64,000 nucleotides of DNA from positions 1,504,001-1,568,000 of the forward strand of contig OZ224045.1 in NCBI GenBank assembly GCA_963665325.3. The letters are read 5' to 3'. Shown here piece after piece: positions 8,905 through 18,700 of this stretch (the first letter of the stretch is position 1; the number at the start of each line of letters is the position of its first letter). The translations under genes and the position numbers were made by a program. Under the pieces are notes generated by a model. It was not told where the DNA came from. It searched no databases and worked only from the letters and a program-made list of their open reading frames with translations. This stretch comes from Alphaproteobacteria bacterium. GTDB taxonomy: Bacteria > Pseudomonadota > Alphaproteobacteria > Bin95.

Positions 8905-9752
8905 AGAAACTTCTGGCCCGGCTGATCGTGGCCTTGGCCGCACTTCTGACCATCAACATGAGCCCGGTGAGGAAAGCCGGTGTCTATGGCCGCGTTAGGG
9001 ACTGGCTAGGCCGTGGGATTCCCGTCGCAATTTCCGGCGGCAGGAAGATAGCGTTTTGCGACAACTCCCGTACAGCCACCGCACAGATTCGCGGTTTGCC
9101 GAAGAACGAACCGGACACCATCGCTTGGATTGAGGCCATGCCAGAAGACGGCGTGCTATGGGACATCGGGGCGAATATCGGCTTTTTCAGCCTCTATGCC
9201 TGCGCCGTCCTGGGCGGGAACGGCGTGCGTGTCGTAGCATTTGAACCCGGCGCCGCAAGCTACAGTGTCCTCAACCGGAACATCGAAGGCAACGGGATGG
9301 ACGCCCGCGTTGTCGCCTATTGCGTGGCCCTGGCCGGCGCAACCCGGACAGGAACACTCAATATGGGCGCAATCGGCGAAGGCACCGAGGCCGGCGGCTG
9401 GGGTAATGGGTTTGACTCCGAAATCGAGAGCCTCGAACGAAATATCGGCACGGTTTTCCGGCAGGGAGCGGTCGGATTTTCCGTTGACGACTTTGTGCAG
9501 ATGTTCGGGCCGCCTCTGCCGACGCATGTCAAAATGGATGTTGACGGTATCGAGGCAGAAATTCTGCGCGGAGGCAGGCGCACGCTGTCCGCAGGCACGG
9601 TGCGCTCCATGATTGTCGAGATGGAAGGCGACCTGGACTCGCCGCGCAACCGGGAGTTGTTCGCGGTGATGGCCGAACTCGGTTTCGCGCCCCTGCCGAA
9701 GCTGGCGCCGGAACTGCGGAACGTGATATTCGAGCGCCCTGGAGGGGCATGA
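8901..9752 (+). CDS. FkbM-family SAM methyltransferase
   Basis: WDIGANIGFFSL, VVAFEP, HVKMDVDGIEAEILRG. Confidence 0.92.
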   Translation: MKKLLARLIVALAALLTINMSPVRKAGVYGRVRDWLGRGIPVAISGGRKIAFCDNSRTATAQIRGLPKNEPDTIAWIEAMPEDGVLWDIGANIGFFSLYACAVLGGNGVRVVAFEPGAASYSVLNRNIEGNGMDARVVAYCVALAGATRTGTLNMGAIGEGTEAGGWGNGFDSEIESLERNIGTVFRQGAVGFSVDDFVQMFGPPLPTHVKMDVDGIEAEILRGGRRTLSAGTVRSMIVEMEGDLDSPRNRELFAVMAELGFAPLPKLAPELRNVIFERPGGA

Positions 9753-9882
9753 CATGACGTCCACCTTTCGCCGCATGAGCTACCCGCACAAGGCGGACGC
9801 GCGCGACTTGATTGTCCAGCTGACGACAGTGGGAAACAGCATCATTGCACCCAGCGCAAACCGAAGGGGCTTATATACCAGT

Positions 9883-10089
9883 TTACCCGAGGTGACTGAC
9901 CGCCGCCCCGAGGAGGCTGGTCGTCGCCATTATCGCGACCACGACCAGGATGACGACGATGAGCGTCATCGCCGACGCCATTGCCTCTCTTCCGAGTTCT
10001 CCCCGGAGCCCGCCAGCCAGCCATAGAAAGAGCGTCAGCCACGGGGTGGCAATCCAGAGACACACGACTAGAAAACCGCGTAGCGTCAT
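9883..10089 (-). CDS. Possible small two-helix membrane protein or gene fragment
   Basis: 68 aa with two hydrophobic stretches; GAAGGGGAG upstream; no family recognised. Confidence 0.35.
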   Translation of the reverse strand: MTLRGFLVVCLWIATPWLTLFLWLAGGLRGELGREAMASAMTLIVVILVVVAIMATTSLLGAAVSHLG

Positions 10090-10363
10090 GCTCCCCTTCC
10101 GAGCACGTCACAGAATGGCCGGTATGGCCTTTCTTCCCTTCGTCGCCCCGGCTCGGCTTGCACGTGTCGCGACAGTCGGCCACCAGGGTAGACTAGCGGG
10201 TGCGGACGGTAAGCTCAAGGCGGAGAGGCCATACTGCGGGCCGGCCGAGACATGTCTATGGTGCTCCTCGGCCCGCAACCACCGAGACCGACACGGGCTT
10301 GTCGTGGACATCTAAGTCTCGAATATTTCGAGCAATCGTAGCTTATGTGTCCGGCGAGGTATG

Positions 10364-12301
10364 TCAGCCGGTCGAATTCGCCCGCTTGCGCATGAACCGG
10401 CCGGCGGCGAATACCCCGGCCAGGATGACGAAGCCGGCGGCGTCGCTCTCGAAGCCCGGTAAGAGGAAGGCCGCGGCGGCGCCGAGCAGCGGCAGGCGCA
10501 GCGGCCACTCGATGCGGCCGACGCCGTAGAGCCAGCCCTCGAACCCTGCGGCCATCAGCCAGACGGCGACGATCGCCGTGCCGGTGTCGTGCAGGATATC
10601 GAAGAAATTGCCCTCCAGAATGAGCGTCGGCGTCAGCACGAACAGGAAGGGCAGGATGAAATTGATGATGCCCATGCGCATGGCCATGAAGCCGGTGCGC
10701 AGCGCATTGGAGCCGGAGATCGTCGAGGCCGCCACCGCCGCCAGAGCCACGGGCGGGGTGATGTAGGACAACATGCCCCAATAGAGGATGAACAGGTGGC
10801 TCGCGATAACATTCAGGCCCGCTTCCTGCAGTGCAGGGCCGAGCACGATGGCGAGGAAGATGTAGCAGGCGCTGACCGTCATCCCCATGCCGAGCACGAA
10901 GCTCGTGACCGCGCCCATGGCGAGCAGGAACAGCACATCGTCGCCGGCCAGCAGAACGAGCTCGCTCGAAAAGGCGGGGCCGACGCCCGTGAAGGATAGC
11001 GCGCCGACGATCATGCCGATGCCGACCAGTATGCCGACGATATTGGCGATATTGCGCGCCGCGTCGTCGAGCAGGTCCAGCAGCCGGGCAGGGCGGAACG
11101 GAATGCGCCCCGGCGCGAGCTTGGACATGGTCGCCGAGGACAGCAGCAACACCAGGGTGGCGTAATAGGGCGCCTGACTCTCCACGCCGACCCAGATCAG
11201 CAGGTAGATCAGCACGGCGAGGCTGAAGAGGAAATGCCAGCCGTCCGCGAGCACCGCGCCGAGTTTCGGTATTTCCGAGCGGTCCTGCCCGACAAGGCCG
11301 TTGCGAGCCGCGAAATTATCCGCCTGCAGGAGCAGCGCCAGATAGAACAGTACGGCCGGCACGAGTGCGGCGATGACCACGGTCGCGTAGGAAATGTTGA
11401 GGATCTCGGCCATAATGAAGGCGACCACGCCCATGACCGGCGGCATGAGCGCGCCGCCGGTGGAGGCGCAGGCCTCGACGGAGGCCGCATAGGTCGGCGG
11501 ATAGCCGGTGCGCCGCATGGTCGGGATGGTGAGCTTGCCGGTCGTCACGACATTGGAGATGACGCTGCCGGAGAGCGAGCCGAAGAAGCCGCTGGAAAGC
11601 ACCGCGACCTTGGCCGGCCCGCCCCGCGTCGTGCCCATAAGCGCAGTGGCGAAGGACATGAAGAACTCGCCGCCGCCGGTGATCGCCAGCGCCGAGCCGA
11701 AGACGAGGAAGCCGATCAGGATCGAGGACACGGCGCGCATCGGCACGCCGATAATGCTCTCCGTGCCCATGGCATGGACCCGCACGACCTCCTCGAACGG
11801 GCTCTGCGGCCCCCACATGAAGCCCGGCATCTGCTCGGCGAACAGCGGGTAGAGGAAGAAGAAGCCGCAGATCGCGAACAGCACCCAGCCGCCTATGCGG
11901 CGCACCGCCTCCAGCGCCATCAGGCAGACCAGGCCGGCGATGACCGTGGCGCCGGCCGGGGCCAGTATGTCCCACCCCTCCTGGATGATGCGTTCCCCGT
12001 TCCAGGCGAGATACAGCCCCGCGGCGATCGCCGCGGCGAACAGGGCCCAGTCGTAAAGCGGTATCCGGTGGGAGGCCTTTTTGTGGGCCGGATAGATCAC
12101 GAAAACCAGCGAGAGGAACAGCGCGACGAGTATGTAGTAATAGGATGTATCGATCATCAGGTGACCGACGAAAAACTGCAAATTGTAGATCTGGTTTATA
12201 TGCAGAAAGATACCCGTGAACCCGAAGACCAGAATTAGCGGGCGGGCGATTGCTCCCTCGCCGCGAACCGGCAGTCGCGAGAGTTGCGTGGCTTCGGTCA
12301 T
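10364..12301 (-). CDS. TRAP transporter fused 4TM/12TM permease (TAXI type)
   Basis: Polytopic; GGPAKVAV, SGSVISNV, EACASTGGALMPPVMG, ITPPVALA motifs. Confidence 0.93.
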   Translation of the reverse strand: MTEATQLSRLPVRGEGAIARPLILVFGFTGIFLHINQIYNLQFFVGHLMIDTSYYYILVALFLSLVFVIYPAHKKASHRIPLYDWALFAAAIAAGLYLAWNGERIIQEGWDILAPAGATVIAGLVCLMALEAVRRIGGWVLFAICGFFFLYPLFAEQMPGFMWGPQSPFEEVVRVHAMGTESIIGVPMRAVSSILIGFLVFGSALAITGGGEFFMSFATALMGTTRGGPAKVAVLSSGFFGSLSGSVISNVVTTGKLTIPTMRRTGYPPTYAASVEACASTGGALMPPVMGVVAFIMAEILNISYATVVIAALVPAVLFYLALLLQADNFAARNGLVGQDRSEIPKLGAVLADGWHFLFSLAVLIYLLIWVGVESQAPYYATLVLLLSSATMSKLAPGRIPFRPARLLDLLDDAARNIANIVGILVGIGMIVGALSFTGVGPAFSSELVLLAGDDVLFLLAMGAVTSFVLGMGMTVSACYIFLAIVLGPALQEAGLNVIASHLFILYWGMLSYITPPVALAAVAASTISGSNALRTGFMAMRMGIINFILPFLFVLTPTLILEGNFFDILHDTGTAIVAVWLMAAGFEGWLYGVGRIEWPLRLPLLGAAAAFLLPGFESDAAGFVILAGVFAAGRFMRKRANSTG

Positions 12302-12330
12302 ATCGGTTTTCTCGCCCTGTCGGGAGGCTC

Positions 12331-12365
12331 ACAAGAAACTCCCCCGCCCGCATGGGGCGGGGGAG
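12331..12365 (-). terminator. GC hairpin with U-rich tail between the TAXI receptor and permease genes
   Basis: ctcccccgccc(12339-49)/gggcgggggag(12355-65), followed on the - strand by TTTCTTGT. Confidence 0.6.
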
Positions 12366-12387
12366 CGCCGTTACGAATGAGGAGCGT

Positions 12388-13554
12388 CTAGAGGTTCTCG
12401 TCGCGGTAGCGCTGCCACCAGGCAGGCCATTCCGCGGCAACATCGACCTTTTCGCCTTTTTCTTTCTTCTCCAGGCGCATGGCGTCGAAATCGCCATTGG
12501 CCATGTCCCAGACCTCGATGACCTTCTCCAGCCGCGCGAGCCGCTCGTCATGCCAGGCCTGGTCTTCGGCCGTCCAGTAGCCTTTTTCCTTGGCGTAGCG
12601 GATCGAGCCTTCGTGCCAAGGCGCGTCCGCCGGCGGCCGACCCGCCTTGTCGAGGGCCCAGTTGAAGGAGCTCGCCGTGGTGTTCCTGTAGTCGTCGAAG
12701 CTCATATCGAGAGCCTTCACGAGGTTATAGACCTCATCCGCGCTCTGGCGGGCATAGGTGGTAATCATCGGATAGCGGTAGCCGACCAGCCAGGTCGGGT
12801 TCTCTTCCGATAGGCCCGCGCCGCGCGTTTCCTCCACCGGCTTGACGAAGCTGATAATGCTCTTCATCGCATCCCAGCCGGCCTTGTTGTCCGGCCGGAA
12901 TGGTGGCCAGTAGAGACCGCGCGGGCTCGCCTCGATCTGGCGCATGTTCGCCGAGGTCGTGACGCTGCCAAAGGCGTCGAGCTGGTTGGCGAGCAGCGCG
13001 TCCTTCATAGCCCGGTAGCTGCCGAACCACACCTGCTGCACATCGTCCCTGGTCAGGCCGCCGAAGGCAAGATAGCCGTCATTCTTCACATTGACGGAGG
13101 GGTTCGCCTTGACGAAGCCGATCCGCTTGCCTTTCAGGTCCGACAATTCCTTGACGCCGATATCGCCGGCGGTGGCGAGCCCAACCGCGGCGACGCGGCC
13201 CACGGCGATCCGGAGGTCCTGCGGTCCCCATTCGCGCACCGCGAAGTCGTAAGTGCCTTCCGCGGCGAAGAACGCCTCATTGGCGAGGAAGCCGTAGGAC
13301 ACCTTGCCGGTCGACATCGGCAACAGGCGCCCGATGGAAGTGCCGGCAGGCACGATACGGATGCGGGTGCCGTAATTCTTCCTGAATGCATTGGCGATGC
13401 CGGCGGCTTCAGCATAGCCGGAGGAGCCGAGATCGTAGGCGCTCCAGACCATGGATTTCGGAAGTTTCGGCGCTTGGCCGTCGGCGGCGGCAGCGCCGAC
13501 GAAAGCGAGCGCCGCGGCGCCGGCGACGAGGCCGGTCAGAATACGCGAAGTCAT
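12388..13554 (-). CDS. TAXI-family TRAP solute-binding protein
   Basis: Signal peptide MTSRILTGLVAGAAALAF; WSAYDLGSSGY, DLKGKR, PWHEGSIRY; adjacent to the fused permease. Confidence 0.9.
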   Translation of the reverse strand: MTSRILTGLVAGAAALAFVGAAAADGQAPKLPKSMVWSAYDLGSSGYAEAAGIANAFRKNYGTRIRIVPAGTSIGRLLPMSTGKVSYGFLANEAFFAAEGTYDFAVREWGPQDLRIAVGRVAAVGLATAGDIGVKELSDLKGKRIGFVKANPSVNVKNDGYLAFGGLTRDDVQQVWFGSYRAMKDALLANQLDAFGSVTTSANMRQIEASPRGLYWPPFRPDNKAGWDAMKSIISFVKPVEETRGAGLSEENPTWLVGYRYPMITTYARQSADEVYNLVKALDMSFDDYRNTTASSFNWALDKAGRPPADAPWHEGSIRYAKEKGYWTAEDQAWHDERLARLEKVIEVWDMANGDFDAMRLEKKEKGEKVDVAAEWPAWWQRYRDENL

Positions 13555-13639
13555 GCTGGGTTCATTCTCCCGGTTGCGAAACGGCGGCCGCCATTGCTGG
13601 GCGGCCGCCAGGCCGAGTCCGTCAGGGACGCGGCAAGGG

Positions 13640-13920
13640 TCAGTTATACCCCGTCTCGGCAAGATTGAGCAGCGGGTAGGCGCTGAACACGGAGGGCGGG
13701 TTGGTGGGCTCGGCGGGAACGACGAATTCCGGGCCGAGATCCCGCAGTCCGCGCAGCCCATAAGGCCGAGCGCCATCATCGTCTCGTCCTCCAGCAGCTC
13801 CAGCATGGCGATGACGCCAGATTCGCCGTTTGCGGCGAGCGCCGCTGCCAGTCGACCGATGACGACCGCGCTGCCGCCGAGCGCGAGCGCCTTCACGACA
13901 TCCGTGCCGCCGCCGTCCAC
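13640..13920 (-). pseudogene. 3' remnant of an FMN-dependent alpha-hydroxy-acid oxidase
   Basis: VDGG-GTDVVKALALGGSAVVIGRL...LLEDETMMALGLMG, then a frameshift to ...PSVFSAYPLL..GYN*; small deletions, 5' part missing. Confidence 0.75.
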
Positions 13921-13974
13921 TCAGACTTCGGCCCTCATGCTTGGTTTCCGCATAATAGGAGGCGGTCCAATGCG

Positions 13975-14504
13975 AGATCGTGCGAGGCTTCTCCCACCTT
14001 GAACCAAGACAGGATGGCCCCCGACGCCCGGTTGAGCGGAAACATCAGCAGGTAGAATCCGTAGAGCGGGTAGGCACAGCAACGAGACCGGCTCGGGCTT
14101 TCGTATCGCGAAGGTCTTCGGAACCTGTTCGCCCACTACGATGTGCAGGGAAGAGAATGTGACGAACCCGATGATAAAGGCGACCGTGTGCAGGGCCTCT
14201 TCCGGCAGGCCCAGCTCCGCGGAACATGAGTTCGAAATGCGCCGCCACGGTAGGCTCACCGATCCATCCCAGGCCCAGCGACGCCATGGTGATCCCCAAC
14301 TGGCAGGCAGCGAGATAAGCCTCGAGGTTTCCGAGGATGCGTCGGGTCATGCGAGCCGAACGACTGCCGTCGTCGGCGAGCGCCTCGACCCGAAACCCCT
14401 TCGCCTTGACCAGCGCGAACTCGGCCGCGACGAAAAAGCCGTTGGCGACCAGCAGCGCCGCCGCCGTGACGAGGGCGATTGCCGAATTCTCCGTCTTGGG
14501 TCAC
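13975..14504 (-). pseudogene. Frameshifted 5' remnant of a CNNM/HlyC-CorC (DUF21) gene
   Basis: ANGFFVAAEFALVK, YLAACQLGITMASLGLGWIGEP, LHIVVGEQVPKT spread over different frames; truncated. Confidence 0.8.
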
Positions 14505-14736
14505 CCCGTCCTTAGTCGGAAGTGCGACAGTCTGATGCCAAGGATGGCTATGAAATCGCCGTCTGGCTTCGATTCCCGCGATGGGCGTCGCAGTCGCCGT
14601 AGGTTGCGGACTCTGGCCTAGTTGGGATTGGCTAAGAACGAGCGGTGAGTCGAACAGGGTGACGCTTCGCAACATCGCACTCGTCGCCGGCGCTGTTTTC
14701 GCCGCGCTGCCATCCTGGCGTCGAGATTGCGGGACG

Positions 14737-15498
14737 TTACTCAAACTCCAAGGCTATATCCGAAGTCCAATTGTCCAGCTCCCGCTCGAAACCCTTCTCG
14801 ACCGCCTCGTGAAGACGCTGGCCGGCTTCTTTTGCTGCGGCGACAAATTTGCTGCGCCGGGGGTCTTCATTGAGACGGTCTCTGTGCCAAACGTTATTTT
14901 TCCACTCGCTTGTCTCCAGTGGAAAGCCGAAATGTTCGGGATCGGACAAATACATCGCCACGATAAAATGGCACCTGCTCGACTTGAAGAACTCGTTCCT
15001 GAGATATGTGGCCCTTCCCATTCCTCTTTCTTTTATTGCATGGTTTATCTTTCTCTGAAAATCGGACTTGGGATCCTTATATGGCAACACTATGTAATGA
15101 TTAAGATTCCAGCAACTTGCATCCTTGGGATTGTAATTCCGATCCGATGAATTATGGTGTGTGCCTTTCCGGTCGCATAACGTATTCCGACGTTTCCACC
15201 CTGTGCAATTGGACGATTCGACATTTCCTCGAATGAAGATAGCTTGAAACCCGGATTCACCCGAACCCTGACCCAAGACAGCCTCTCCAAGCTTTCCGAG
15301 ACCACCTTTCCGCCAATTGTGTGCCGCCAACACTTCCCACTCGCCCTTGGGTAGAGGGATTTGGCTCTTTCCTATGGTTACGACATTCTCAACCTTACTG
15401 CCTATCGGCATATCGGTCAGCTCCCCGGAATATGCCGGGGATACGAAGAGACAAAGGAGAGCCACTGGGATTGAATGGAAACCGAATTTCATTCTCAC
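14737..15498 (-). CDS. Hypothetical exported protein, lower GC
   Basis: Signal-peptide-like N-terminus (..LLCLFVSPAYS), several Cys, clean 253-aa ORF in visibly AT-richer DNA. Confidence 0.7.
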   Translation of the reverse strand: MRMKFGFHSIPVALLCLFVSPAYSGELTDMPIGSKVENVVTIGKSQIPLPKGEWEVLAAHNWRKGGLGKLGEAVLGQGSGESGFQAIFIRGNVESSNCTGWKRRNTLCDRKGTHHNSSDRNYNPKDASCWNLNHYIVLPYKDPKSDFQRKINHAIKERGMGRATYLRNEFFKSSRCHFIVAMYLSDPEHFGFPLETSEWKNNVWHRDRLNEDPRRSKFVAAAKEAGQRLHEAVEKGFERELDNWTSDIALEFE

Positions 15499-15624
15499 TA
15501 CCCCCGATTGGAAAGCTGAAGAACAATACGGATGATGCTGGAATCCTGAGTATTGTCAATAGGAGCTCTTGTCCGGACAGGCGTGAGTTTGGCATGGCGA
15601 TGACGGGAGCGCTGGTCTGACCTG

Positions 15625-15765
15625 GTTCATGCGGCGCGTTTAGCGGCGTTGCGGGTGCAATTGTTGTCGTTGGCCGGGGTATCGGCATCGCCCATGACGC
15701 CGGCCCAGGCGTGGTCGAAGCGTCCGGATTTGATGAGGCCGCGGACTGTGAGCACGGCCTGCGTC
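15625..15765 (-). mobile_element. ISKra4/ISLre2-like transposase 3' remnant
   Basis: Manual translation QAVLTVRGLIKSGRFDHAWAGVM...ANDN...RAA* resembles this transposase tail. Confidence 0.5.
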
Positions 15766-15776
15766 CGGACACCGCC

Positions 15777-18700
15777 TTAACGGGGAATGAAATAGCGGTT
15801 TTCGCCGTCCGGGCCGTCCGCTGTTCGTTGCGCCGCGCCGGCAGCGGCGAGGGTTTCGAGGGTCTTTTCCACGGCCTTGCACCGGCGGGGCGAATCCTTG
15901 CCCTTGAAGGCTTCGCTCAACGCTGCCGCACCGGCGGGAGCGGCGGCGCGGTCCAGCATGTCGCGGAGCGCGCGGATGCGGGCCAGCTCCTCCCTCGGCC
16001 ATGCCGGCTTGCCCTTGGCGGCCTTCGGCGCGGCAAGGTCCGCCTCCTCCTGGTGGCCCTTCGCCTTGTGGCCGAGCTTCGGTATCTGGTAGTCGGGCCG
16101 CAGCCAGCGGACCGTGCCGACTTGCTCCTCTTCCGCCCGCTCCCGGTTCAGCGCGACGAGGCGGGCGAGCAATTCCTCCTCCGCTTCCTCCTGTTCCGGC
16201 GTCTTGTGCGGCGAGGGCATCGTGGCGCCCGGCCTGCCGATCAGCGCAGGCGCGAGGTCAGCCCAGCCGTAAGCCTCGAAGACGCCGCGGTCTATATCGT
16301 CGTGGATTTCCTTCAGGACCGAGACCAGCCCGGTCTCGTGAGCCTCCCGCTCCTTCGGCGTGAGTGCCGGAACCTCACAACCGTTATCCAGTTCCCGCAC
16401 CCGCTCCAGCACATTGTAGAGCGCCGTCATGGTTAGAAAGTTGCGCTCGGCGAGACGTTCCTTGCGGAAGCTGTCGAGGCGTTCGCCAAGATCGGCAAGC
16501 ACGGGGGCCAAGTTGTTCTGCCCGTCAAGAGCAGGAAACGGCATAGGGTCGAAGGTACGGGACTTGCTGTAGCGCGGATCATTGCCCATTCCGAGCCAAC
16601 CGCCAGCCTCAATCGACCAATGAACATGAACCCGAGAAGACAGCACTGCAAGCAAACTTGCCGCATCGGAACCAATACAAACAAGCATATTGTCAGGCCT
16701 TATATTTGCATCGAGAAATTGGAAGAATCGGTGCTTCGATGTTTCCGACGTAGCAATGTAGCGATCCAGAGGCTCGAGAACCGGCCTCAAATCGGAACGT
16801 GGTTCGCCGAAAATCCACCAGTTATCGCGATAGGTCCGGCGGTTGTTCTGGTCCCGATCCGGTTTCACATGGTCGAGGACATGCTGATAAACTCTTGGAA
16901 ATTGCTCGCGCACCTGTTTCGCTGATAGCGGCCAGAGGTCGACAACCATAACACCGCGTGGATGCCGAGCGAGGTCCTGGCCGTTGCGGTAGGGCAGGAT
17001 ATGCTTTTCCAGTCCCGGCACAGACCCGAGGCCGAGCGCCTCGGCCTGTCGCGGCGTAACTTTGAAGCCGGCGCCGTGCAGCTTGACGCCGGGGCTGGAA
17101 ATCATGTCGTTCGCCAGCAGCGGCCGGACCGCTGTAATGTCCGCGCCGACTTTCAGATTGCCGGCGATCCTTCCGTTCCGTTCCCTCAATTCGACAAGCG
17201 GCGTATCGGTATTGAGGCCGTCTTCCCGCACAACCGCCGCGAGCCTGCCTTCGCTTCCGCCGCGCACCGCAACGGTCATGGCGATGCGCACCGCCGCCTT
17301 GTCCACCGCCTTCAGCCACGGATGGTCCGGCACGGCATAAGCCAGCGCCAATGGCTCCTTCGCCTCCATATGCCGTTCGATCACGCGCCGGGAAAAGGTC
17401 TGCGTCACCGAATTGGTGGTGATGAAGCCGAAGCGGCGCAGCGGGTTGATTCCGCCCTTCCTCGGCTTTCCCAGCAGGCGCGCGGCGGCCTCGTCCCAGA
17501 AGTGCATGACGAAATCCGCGCCGCCGGGAACCTTCTTGCGCGCCTTCCAGCAGGCTTCGGCGTAGCCGTCGCCGAGCTTCAAGCGCATGTCCTTCCCGCC
17601 GATGAAGGGCGGGTTGCCCACGACGAATTCCGCCTCCGGCCACTCGGCCGGGCGGGGGTTCTCGTAGCGGTACAACTCCACCTGCGCGTCGGGATCGGGA
17701 ATCTCCTCGCCGGTAATCGGATGCAGCTTCATCGTGACGCCGTCCCAGCGGGAAAGCGGCTTGCCGTCCTCGCCGCGAAGGACCTCCTGTCTGTCCCAGG
17801 CCAGAACCGCATCCTGCTCCCGGATCGTGCCGTAGGCGTGCAGCACGGGCTCGGCGATCCGGTCCAGCGGGAAGGTGCGAAGCTGCCATTTCAGGTAGCC
17901 GAGCCACAGCACCAGATCTGCAATAGCGACGGCGCGCGGGTTGAGTTCCAGCCCGTAAAACTGGCGCGGGCCGACCGTCTCTCCCTCCATGACGAAGCGC
18001 GGTGCGTTCTCGCCCAGCCCCTCCAGCGCGTCCAGCGCCTCGCCTTCGAGCCGCTTCATCAGTTCCAGCGAGACATAGAGGAAATTGCCGGTGCCGCAGG
18101 CCGGGTCCAGCACGCGGGTCGTGCAGAGCTTGTGGTGGAAGTCCTTGACCCTGTTGAGCGCGGCGTCGCGGTCCCCCGCCTCGTCCAGCGCATGGGCCTC
18201 CGCCAGCGCCGCTTCCCAGTCGGCGCGCAGCGGCTCGATAATCGTAGGCACGACCAGCCGTTCCACATAGGCGCGCGGCGTGTAATGAGCGCCGAGTTCC
18301 CCGCGCTCCCGCTTGTCCAGCGCGCGTTCCAGAAGCGCGCCGAAAATGGCCGGCTCCACATCGCGCCAGTCGCGCCCGGCGGCGATACGGAGTTCGCGGA
18401 TTTCGTTCGCCTCCAGCGGAATCGCCGTGCGTTTCCGGAACAGCGAGCCGTTGAAGCGCCTGACCGTCGCGTTCAGGTGCGGGGCGTAGCCGCCCTCGTC
18501 CATGACCTGCCACAGGCTCTCCAGCGCCGGGGCGAAATGCTGCGGCGTATCGACCATCCGGCCCAGCAGCGTCTCGAAGCCCTTCTCCGGCAGCAGGCCG
18601 ACATCCTCGGCGAACATGGTGAACAGGCAGCGCATGAGGAATTCGGCGACTTCCTCGGGGTGGTGGCCCCTGTCTTCCAGGCTGCGGGCGATGCGGGCGA

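Noticed and set aside
12388-13920. 510-aa ORF suggesting an oxidase-TAXI fusion
   Set aside because: Produced by a frameshift in the oxidase remnant; the TAXI gene has its own signal peptide starting at 13554.
14581-14740. WDWLR..ES...LRNIALV fragment resembling a membrane/pentapeptide-protein N-terminus
   Set aside because: Too short and degraded to call; the remainder of that ORF is antisense to the 14737-15498 gene.
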